A stretch of 64,000 nt of DNA from the human T2T-CHM13v2.0 reference genome, Homo sapiens, in assembly GCF_009914755.1 (NCBI RefSeq), contig NC_060928.1. One strand, given 5' to 3'. This document shows, piece by piece, positions 51,196 through 64,000 of this stretch; the first letter of the stretch is position 1; every line of letters starts with the position of its first letter. The notes below the pieces were generated by a model, which saw only the letters and a program-made list of their open reading frames with translations, did no database searches and was not told where the DNA came from. The translations under genes were made by a program, and so were the position numbers.

Positions 51196-52549
51196 CTATT
51201 CTGTAGACTTTCAAAAGCTAGGTTGAATCTTTTCACATTATAAATCAAGGTGAAGCTGTATTATTCCTCTTCTGAGTGTTGTCTTGGTACTCTGGAAGTG
51301 TGTCTGACTCTCATTCATTGTTTCTAACAATAAGCCAAACTCCAAAGTAAAAAACTGTGGTTTCTCTTCTCAGTTAATTCTTATAAGTTGCCCAATGAAT
51401 GAGAATTTGGGCATGACTCACAAATAGGAACTTATTGTGTTTAATCTACATTCTGCTGTCTGTCTTTTCATATTTCCCTTTTCCTGCATATTGACGTATT
51501 TACTGATTTCTCTGTTTTTTTTTCCCATTAAAAAACAAAGCTTGGCATTAGTTTATGCTCAGTAAATGTTAATTACTCCACCTCATTAGCCTTGACTGGA
51601 CTAATTTGTTAGTCAACATAGCTTATTCTCACTAGTTTCTTATTCAAAACATCTTTAAACAAAGCAAAATTATTTTGAAAGCAAAAACATATATTTTCTT
51701 CTGTCTTTTAAAATGACAATTGTTTATTACATTAATAATCTCATTAAAATTCTTGTTATTTTTTCTTTGTCAAGAACAAGTTAGACAGAAAGTGGTTTTT
51801 GTATGCTCAAATTTTAATTTCTTGATTGGGTGAGTTCTATGGCTATCTGTTGCTGTTGAAATTTGATAGAACTTCTCAGGGAGAGAGTAAATAGGAAAGT
51901 AGCGGGAATGTAGATGCAAAAATGGGTACAGAAATGATTAGTCCAGGGATGAAGCAACATCTGGATTATACAGGAAACTGGTCTAATTTAGTCAGCACTG
52001 GAGTCAGAAAGGGAAGGAGGAGGAAATTTGGGAATGTTCAATAGGGCATGGGTTTGGATGTGCAGAAAAGAGACTGTAGTAATTGACCTGACATGTCTGA
52101 TCATTGAAGAGAACCATCAGAAAATGAAGCAGGAAATAGTAAGAAATGGGCTTAATGTTAGGAAAAATAGCTCCTTCAGGAAAGAGATGTATAAGAAGGA
52201 TGCAGTTCACTGGTAAGGTATAGGCAGGGATTCTCAGGGAACTAATGCAAAGGGAGTGGGTCATTCAAAGAACCCTCATGGTTAGAGTAACCGTATTCTG
52301 GTTTGTCCAAGACAATGCCAGTTCACAAAGTCATTCTTGCATTATTAATGGTTCCCTTTCTCCCAAAAATTTACAGTTTTTATCATGTTTGTAGTCAATA
52401 CTCAAAAAACATGTGTGAGGAGGCTTTTGCTTATTAGAACTATGAAATTGCTTTTAGGTTGGCAGAGCATATGAAAGCCATTTCTAGACTTAGTTTGAAG
52501 GGGATGACATCTCTTGAAAAGAGTCAGCACAGGTTAATAAATAACCCTT

Positions 52550-52725
52550 AAGAGCTGCACTGGATGGTTTAAGGCCCAACTTTTCACCACGGATTATTTG
52601 CATGACCTTGGGTAAGTTACAAGTTACATAACCTCTCATTTCTTCAGTTTTCTCATCTGCAGTGCAAAGGTAATAATAGTATCTACTTCATGTAATGTGG
52701 TAAGGCTTAAATGAGTCAGTGAAAA
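52550..52725 (+). mobile_element. MIR SINE relic
   Basis: TGACCTTGGGTAAGTTAC...CAGTTTTCTCATCTGCA core. Confidence 0.7.
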
Positions 52726-53581
52726 AAAAAAAGTGTGTGTAACATTGTGGCTATTTACTGCTAAACTGGTTCCATTCTGCATCCAGTAAATGTAATTCCT
52801 ACGGATTTTCAGGTGGCTCTTTGATCTGCTGCATTAAAATGTGGTTACAGGAGAAACTGGTAATAAACTAAGAGTTAGGCCTCAAATAGTTTAAAGCACT
52901 TTTCAAATGCAAAATATTCTTAACCTGCATTAATTTATGAGTTGGGTATCATTTTGCTCTTAATGCTTTAGAAAATGATTTAAAATTTTTAAGATTTGAC
53001 TCATTCTTCAGATTAATTTTTTTCCTATCTCAACATCCAAGTATTTTCTAGAGGATTATATTTTTGGTGTATTGTGGAACTTTTCTGATTTTACAACACA
53101 CAACATAAACAGAATCATTCTCTCATACCTATTCGTCCCTTCCTTCAACTTTTGCTGGATTTTCCGTATGCCTTGTTATTGTATATCTGGTCAAGCCATT
53201 TGGTACAAAACATTTTTTAAAAACAAATCTTTTTTATTTCTTGGTCATGTTAATCTATTCCAAGAGAATGCTAGTTATATTCCCTCCTTGGGCATAAAAT
53301 CTATGTGTTGTTGTCAGTTTCTTTGTTCTGTAATTATTACTGCACTCCTTTAAGAAAATTTAACTATCTGATGAGCCTAATAACATTACTTAGTCACTAG
53401 AAGCTTAAAGGTAACAATATAAAATGTATATTTTTTATATTTTCAGTACTCTTGAGACTCAGCCAATCTTTCAAGATTTTGTGTATTTGTCAAGCACTCT
53501 ATGACCTCGTATATTATTACACACTATACATTCTCCAATATATTATTATAAATTGTATCACCATTCAAATCTCCTTCCTCT

Positions 53582-53735
53582 GTTTGTGTGTGTGTGTGTA
53601 TGTATATATATATATCTTCCAGTGTGTGTGTGTGTTGTGTATATATAGATAGATAGATAGATAGAGAATATATACATAGATATAGATTGAGAATATATAT
53701 ATATATGTATAGAGAGAGAGAGAAAGAGAGGAAGA
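53582..53735. repeat. Compound microsatellite (TG)n(TA)n(GATA)n(GA)n
   Basis: Directly visible. Confidence 0.9.
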
Positions 53736-53909
53736 CAGATATGTAGCAACTGGGTATTACTAAACTTCAGAGTTCTTAAATTATACTTGCTTTACTGTGC
53801 ATGTTAAAAAATAATATCTAAGCCTAAGGCATTGATTCACATTTTTACAGCAATTACTGGCAGTAGCAAATACTATTACCACTAAAGAATGAAGACATTC
53901 CTCATAAAG

Positions 53910-54893
53910 ACTACTTTCCCCTCCCTCATTCCACTCCAGCCACATTGGCCTTCTTATTGTTCCTTGAACACACAGAGCATGCTTCTTCCTTAGGGTATTT
54001 TGCCTTAGCTCATTTCTTAGACTAGAACATTCTTCCCCCAATTAATTTTACATATGGTTACTAACCCCCTTCCTTCAAAAATTTGCTCAAATGTTACCTT
54101 CCTCAACTTCACTACTCTACACTATTTAAAGTTGCAACCTGTCCCCCACACGACTTGTTTCATTCCTATTATCCTGCTTTTTTTTTCTCTGCATAGCATT
54201 TTCATACCTTCTAATACATGATACTATCTAATTATTTATATGCCTATGGTTAATATCTGTCCACCCCAGCCAATATGTAAGTGACAGAAGACAGAGGTTT
54301 GCATTGCTCAACAACATATTTGTAGTTGCTAGACAAGGGGTTAGCAAAGAGCCAGACAGTAAGTATTTTAGGATTTATAAGCCATATAGTCTCTGTCTCA
54401 ATTAAACTTTGGCATTGTGGCCTGAAAGCTGGTATAGACAATATGTAAATGAATTGGTGTGGAGCTATTTCAATAAAACATTATTTATGAAAACTAACTA
54501 TAAGCTGGATTTGACCTGTGGACTTTTGAGACAATAGCTGGCACATAGAAGCTCTTAAAGAATATTTGTTAGGCCGGGTGTGGTGGCTCACTCCTGTAAC
54601 CCCAACACTCTGGGGGGCCGAGGCAGGCAGATCATGAGGTCAGGAGATCGAGACCATCGTGGCCAACAAGGTGAAACCCCGTCTCTACTAAAAATACAAA
54701 AAATTAGCCTGGCGTGGTGACACGCGCCTGTAATCCCAGCTACTAGGGCGGCTAAGACAGAAAAATCGCTAGAACCTGGGAGGCAGAGGTTGCAGTGAAC
54801 CTAGATGGTGCCACTGTACTCCAGCCTGGTGACAGAGTGAGACGCCATCTAAAAAAAAAAAAAAAAAAAAAGAATATTTGTTGAGTGAATGAA
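53910..54893 (+). mobile_element. L2 3' fragment interrupted by MER58A (about 54333-54525) and an Alu
   Basis: CATTCCACTCCAGCCACATTGGCCTTCTT and TTGCTCAAATGTTACCTTC motifs; 3' tail GGCACATAG...AATATTTGTTGAGTGAATGAA. Confidence 0.7.
54572..54870 (+). mobile_element. AluSc-like SINE inserted in the L2 tail
   Basis: TSD AAAGAATATTTGTT on both sides. Confidence 0.93.
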
Positions 54894-55925
54894 ATAGATT
54901 TATTGAAACCTGGCATATTTAGGATGTGAGCATAAATTACTAATAAATTTGCCCTTTCTCCCAATCCAAAATTGACAATCATTTTTTTCATTTAAAATAT
55001 TGACACTGGCCTTACTGCCCATCATAATCAAAAGAGTTCCCTGTCCTGTTAAAACTATAGTGCCTGCTTGCATATGACAGAGGAACTGTGGTAGAGTAGT
55101 TATCAGAATCAGAACTAGGAGTGAAAGGCTGTCCTAGGCCAGAAGGCAACAAAACCTTGAATTCAGGATTCATATTAAATATATTTGTTAGTTAGTGCTT
55201 TTTTTTAAATTTAATTCCTGAACAACAAAAGTATATTTTCAGTATGTGAACATATCATGATTTATACAGCCTATAATGTTTTTCTTATTTCAACTGTGAA
55301 AAAAAAAAAAAAACAGATTTTCTTATTTCTTGAGTTAATTGTAAACTTGAAGTGATGGCAATGGACTTGTAACTTATTTTCTCATTCTGCAGTACATTTC
55401 CAAGCCACTATACAAATGCTGAGTCATTAGTGTCATAGTGCTGTGTCTATTTATAGATTTTTTTATGAGTGTTATTAACCATAAATGCTCAATATGAAAA
55501 AAATGAAGGAAAGTAGCTTTGTCTAATCACAGTAGAACACTGGATTTATTCTATAACAAACTGAAGGGTGACTTAATCACCTCAAATTAAAACTTGTTCT
55601 TTATCTCACATATAAATTGAAATTCATTGCATTCTTATGTTTCCAATAAATGGCAGATTTCTCCATTGCCCAGTAACTTTAAGGTGATTGTTTGCTCACT
55701 ATAAATAGAGATATGTGTGTTTATGTATAGAAATCCTTCAGCGTGAGAGTTAAATTACTCCATCTTAAAGAAAGAAATGCATTAATGTACAACCATGGAA
55801 GGTGTGATAAGTTTAGGTATATCATCCATCCTCACAGAATCTGTTTGCAGTTATTGGAATAAAATTATTTTCTTTATAGAGATCTATTTAATATTGTTAT
55901 AGACACCTGCCCATCATAATAATTA

Positions 55926-56246
55926 AATTTTTATTGATAAAAACAATTATAAATATGTATAGGTACGTGATATTTTGATACATGCAGATAATGTTTAATG
56001 ATCAAATCAAGGCATTTTGGATATTCATTGCCTCAAACATTTATTATTACTTTGTGTTGAGAATATTCTAAATCTTTTCTTCTACTTATTTTGAAATATA
56101 CAATAAATTACTGATAACTGTAGTCACTCTTCTGTGCTATTGAACACCAGAATTTATTCCTTCTAACTAACTGTATTTTTGTACCCATTAACCAACCCGT
56201 CTTCATCTCTCCTGCCATTCTTCCCAGCCTCTGATAATCATCATTC
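55926..56246 (-). mobile_element. L1MA 3' end fragment
   Basis: GTGATATTTTGATACATGCA...AATGATCAAATCA...TTTGTACCCATTAACCAACC. Confidence 0.8.
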
Positions 56247-56434
56247 TCCTGCCTCAGCCTCCCGAGTAGCTGGGATTACAGGCACGCCAGCACACCCAGC
56301 TAATTTTTGTATTTTTAGTAGAGATGGGATTTCACCATGTTGGCCAGGATGGTCTTGATCTCTTGACCTGGTGATACACCTGCCTTGGCCTCCCAAAGTG
56401 CTGGGATTACAGGTGTGAGCCACTGCACCCAGCC
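56242..56434 (-). mobile_element. 3'-truncated AluS (no tail)
   Basis: Starts abruptly at CATTCTCCTGCCTCAGCC. Confidence 0.9.
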
Positions 56435-58154
56435 TATTTTGTGAAATATTATGTTTATTATGTGTTAGTCTTAATTTGATTTAATTCTTTACAATGGGGT
56501 GTCTTCGTTCCCTCTGAAACTGTTCCCCCATTTGTAGCATACTTTTACATTCAAGTAAATTATTTACCAATATGTTCTTAGCTGATATTACAAAGGCTTT
56601 ATTCATTCATTCGTTTAATTATTAATGTATTAACCAACACTTACTGAATGTTTATCTTATGTCACAACTTGGTGATCAAAGGAGGATTCTTACTTAAACC
56701 ATTATACTTTTCTGGGACATATATATTAGTAAAAAAATGATTTCCATTCCATTTAAAGAACACTGGGACAGATGTATGCATGGGCTGTGTGTGCATGCTG
56801 TCAGTGGAGCACCCCATCTGGCCTGCGGCAGTGTCCCCTTGGTTCTGATCAGGAGACCTTGAGCTTTGCCACTTAGCATCTCAGAAGTCTCCCTCAGGAT
56901 CTTGACCTTGCTTCTTACTACATGTTCTTTCTGAAGATTTCCTCTATGAAGTCCAGAACTTTTATGATTTCATTTCCATTTCTCACGTATCAGTTTTTTT
57001 TATTGAATTCTCTCCATCTTTTACATTAAAATCTTTCTTTAGTTCATCATCTATCTAATAACAGATACTTACTTCACCAGACTCATCTTTGTTATCAATA
57101 TTTCCTTTAACTTTCTTAGGTTGTCAGATTTTAAACGTCGACTTAGGTATACTTTAAAAAACAAGAGAAAAAAAGGAAAAAGTCGCAAATAATCCAGAAA
57201 ACAATATAAAAATAATGTTATAATTCAAATCAAATACGCACTGTGAGCATTCAGTGTTTCCATGGATCTTCTAATAATTTTTTGTTGTTGCTTTTAGATT
57301 TTTTGTTTTGATTTGATTGCTGTTTTACTTTTTGCTATAGATATGCAGTTTTTATTTTGATGATGTTTTTCTTTTTCTCTTGTTCTTTTTACTCAAAGAC
57401 CTCCAGTGATAAATGATATATGTAAGCATACATATCCTAACATATATATTTGTTTTTCAAACTTAGTATGTGGTAGTCATCATAATTAGATAAGACTGAT
57501 GTTTCTCATTTTGATTATCAGGAAGGTTTGTTTGAAGCAAATTATTGTGGATTTTTTTATGTTTGCTGCATTTGTACTTCTTACACAATCACTTTTAATT
57601 AACAATGCATAGTTGTATATTTGCTAAATGTAAACACTATGTAAGGGGGTAGGAATTTATTGTTCAGAAGATGAGTGCATAGTAGCAATGAAGCACATAT
57701 ATCATATTTGATTTGTACCCTGGTTTTGTGGATCACAACTATGAGACAGTGGAAAAACCATCAATTCCATGTAAAATTGGTGCCCAAATGTTAAGTGATA
57801 TTTATAGAAATTATAACTGGAAGCTAAGGGCAGAAAATGGCTCTAAGATATAAGTGGCAATAGCAGAAATATAGTATTGAAAGATATAAAAGGGTAGTAT
57901 AAATATCTTATAAGTAAATTTCTTTCTTTCCCTAGGAAAAGGACATAGTGAATGAAGTCTTTTTTTTCTCCAAGTCTGACAGTGCCTCAAACATTCTAAA
58001 ATAATCTTTTCTCCCCTATTAGTCATCACTTAAGTGTGAGTTTATTTGAAGTGATTTTGATTTACTGATAACTCATTTTAGTTACTCAGAATTAACTCCC
58101 TGCGGAAGACCTAATAACAATCAGTTTTATGGTCATGTGCATTACCTTTCCCCA

Positions 58155-60717
<2,563 letters not shown>

Positions 60718-61459
60718 CCCCAGTCCGATGAATAATTTCAGAAAACATTTCAGAGAAGCAAACCAAAATAACTACAAAGCCAAAACACAAAAGAACTCTA
60801 CAGGCACATATTTTAACCCTTGAGAATCTGCCTTAATTGTGAACACAGAATCAAAATTCAAGGTTCTTACTAGGGATGATAGCCTTTCCTACACTTTGCC
60901 AATCATTGTATTAATTCTGTGACAGAGGCTGCCTGAAGTACATGGGGAGGGGTGGGGGGGGCGCTGTCCAGTTTTTAAATGGTTGAGATTTTACCCTTGT
61001 TCCAATGCAGCCCTTGGAGACTATGCACTTGAACCACATTTTATTGTCTACTTATAGAGCTTTTTTTTTTTTTTTTTTCCTGATCCGACCTTTACCATCA
61101 TGTGTTTTACCCACTCAAACAAGTATTCTAAAGAAGAGGTGTACAGAATGTGCTATTTGGCTTGTTTTAACAATGTTCACAAGGTTGTTCTGAAATTAAA
61201 CAGTATGTTTCTAGATAGCTGGATTGATCTTTAACTGTGGACACTGTAAATCTTAAAGTTGAACATGTTTCTTTTTAAATTTTGACCACTAGCTTAAATG
61301 TACAGCCATTTAGTAATTGTACATAACTGTGTGGCATGTTATCTGTGCGTTAATATTACTCCTCAGTTTTTTAATTTGCCTAACCACTACTTTCTTTCTT
61401 CAAAATATTCAAATCTTAATTTTGACCTTTAATATATATGTAAATTTCTTCCAACCCTT

Positions 61460-62241
61460 TGTGGAAGACTAGCAATCATGGTCCTGTCAAAACAGAAATT
61501 ATACCTTAATTTGAACAGGAAAAGTTTAATATAAAATTATTAACTATAACAGTAGTTTTAGATAATCCAGCATTAGCAAGTACATAATAAAGAGAAGTCA
61601 AAAAATATAGGAATAGCAGATATAAGGAACAAACTTTACTCAAACTTTACTCATAGGACTGAGATAAAACAACTACAGAAGAGCCCACTCACCCTAAAGC
61701 TGAGATCTAGATCTTGCTGAATAGCGTATAATTATGGCTCATTGAATGGCAAAGAAGTCACTGTGGTAGTGCATTGGCGGAATTTACTGGAATTCTCTCC
61801 TCTGGTACTTGCTGGAAATCTACACTGTACAGTGTTGAGGAATGGTGTTTATGTCAATATATCTTGGAAGGGACACTCTTCTACGAGACTACTTAAGCAG
61901 ATTCCTAGGGGAAGCTTCTGGCCACTGAGTGCTGCAGGCAGTCATGCACTGCAAGCCATGGTGCTGCAGAAGCCAGATACTGCAGAAGCTGCTCACACTC
62001 TGAGTGCTTAGTGACAGAGAAGCTGCTCACATTGCAGGAGACTGTTTAGAGAACACATCAGAACTAGGAAAGAAAACCTTCATCTCTGGCAACGGCTCTA
62101 ACCCTTTACTGACAAAGCTTAACATCATGCTAGCTAGGAAGAACATTTAATGTTCCCAGCTCCTTTTTTGTTGTTGTTGTTTTTTCCAGAAGAGGAAAGG
62201 AAGGGTAAATGAAGTAGGACAATTAATTGACAAGTGGCACA
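61460..62241. mobile_element. Probable old LTR element, family uncertain
   Basis: TGTG...GGCACA ends and higher GC than the flanks. Confidence 0.35.
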
Positions 62242-64000
62242 AAATCCTTGTTACAAGCAAATAATTAATTGTATCTTTGCTTTAATTTGACAATGTGTGA
62301 TTTTCAGAAACATATAAAAGTTTTTGTATATTAAAAAGAAACTGATATCTTACTATAGAGCGATTTATACTTATGGTTCAAAACTCTCTTTAGGTTCTGG
62401 CAGGTGTATTCATTTTCCTCAAGGCTAGTGATTTGAGAGAGACCCTAAGCTGCTTGCAAGATTAGACAACTGTATTTATACAGTGATTTGGGATGACTTT
62501 GAGGAGGAGCGAGAGATAAAGTACGGAATAAAGAAGTACAAGGTTTAAATATATATAGTATCAAAACAACAGCAAGAACAACCACAAAAAAAAACAAAAA
62601 CAAACATATAAAGATGTAGAGTCCTTCTTCTACCTCTGTTCATACCCTACTAATTTACTGGCTTTGTATTCTCTGTAAGGATAAGCTATTTTTATGGACA
62701 GAGCAGAGAATGAAAGTTTATACATAGTATGGGCAATTTTCTTCTGGCACAATACCCTTTAGAGATGTTCATTTTTTTCTAGTATTTTCTTCATTTTCAA
62801 GAATTTGTAAATAAAAACAAAAATCTTTGGAAAAAGAGGAACTCAATGAACCAAAGCATTGAAGCATTGCTCCTATAATTCGTTTTAGTGATTAATAAAA
62901 GTACAAGAAAATCAGACAAGATGTAAATATAAGCAGAATCATGATTAAAAATCCAATTTAACATTTAAGCTACAAATTAATTGTTATTTTTGATCAATAT
63001 GTTATTGATTCTTTTCACTGGGTCATCTTGTGTTTTCTCTGTGCTCGTGTTTTAACCTTTATATTTGAAAAACACATTTAAACTATGTAAGCCAATACTT
63101 TAAAGACCAGTATTTTTTATTTATTACAATTAAAACAACTTCAAAATGAACATGTTGGTTTAAACAAAAAGACTTTGAAAAAGTCTATATACACTTTGGA
63201 AAGTTCTGAGGAATAATACATAGTGTTTCTGATCTCTTGTGTTTTATTTCACATTTCATAAACAGCAATCTCCATAGTAGTACAACTTTTATGGTTGTCC
63301 AGGAGGTAAAACTAATTCAGATGAGTTATGTAAAATATATTTACACAATAAATTCAGTAAAGGTGTAACAATAAACCATGGGAAGAGGGGGATGCAGCCC
63401 ACCTACCCCAATTATAAAAGCCAATAAACCCATTCATCTATGATATATATTTTAGGACATACTATATGCATGTCAAAAGGAAAGTTCAGAGAAGTATATA
63501 GTATAGTATGGCTCCTGATTACAGTGAATTTGAATTATCATTTATTTCAGTCTACCAAATGTACAATGAACTGAAATATTCCAACCATTCTTCAAGAAGC
63601 TAGAGATACAAAAATGAACATGATATGGTCCAAATTTCTGCAGAAATAGTAGTGAATTTTCAAATATGATGGTAATGCAATATTTCATGGATATTGTTGA
63701 GTTCTAATTTAGATCTTGAGGAAAGGGTAGTCTTTAGTTACAAGGTAAACCAGTTTGGCTGGAATGCAAATCCTGGATAAGGATAGTGAGCTGGAAGGTA
63801 CAGTATCCATGCTGGAATTAATAGTATAGATTTACTCCAAGTAGGTGTTTCATGCAAATTCTAAAACCATATATTTCAAGTGATTGTTGCTTTGTTATTG
63901 CTCAGATAATGTCTTATAAACAATTATCCACTCTATGCCTAAAGTCATTTTTTGCGTTGCTATTTTATTTTAGGAACTCATGTGCAACTGCTTTCAGGAA

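Noticed and set aside
60944-60962. G-rich tract as a G-quadruplex
   Set aside because: Short and isolated, with no supporting regulatory context.

Overview
Primate (almost certainly human) genomic DNA: AT-rich, dense in interspersed repeats, and lying inside large introns of one + strand gene. The only clear host coding exon is an 84-nt phase-0/phase-0 exon at 25249-25332 (DIMKDECSMLKLQLKEKDELISQLQEEL), which I recognise as the coiled-coil region of CCSER1/FAM190A. Antisense to it is a full-length processed copy of thymosin beta-4 mRNA (about 47967-48599, TMSB4XP8/TMSL3-like) with an intact 44-codon ORF and an S16P change. The rest is a near-full-length old L1, truncated L1s, many Alus, two complete MaLR elements with target-site duplications (TSDs), solo LTRs, DNA-transposon relics and microsatellites. 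Almost all ORFs in the supplied track are repeat-derived noise. I see no clear new multi-gene system. The best leads are: a sense THE1B LTR with a DUX4-type motif and a GTAAGT donor 2 kb upstream of the exon; the intact thymosin retrocopy; and a 44-bp inverted templated insertion inside a THE1 LTR. Repeat subfamily names and gene identities come from memory of consensus sequences, not from a search.
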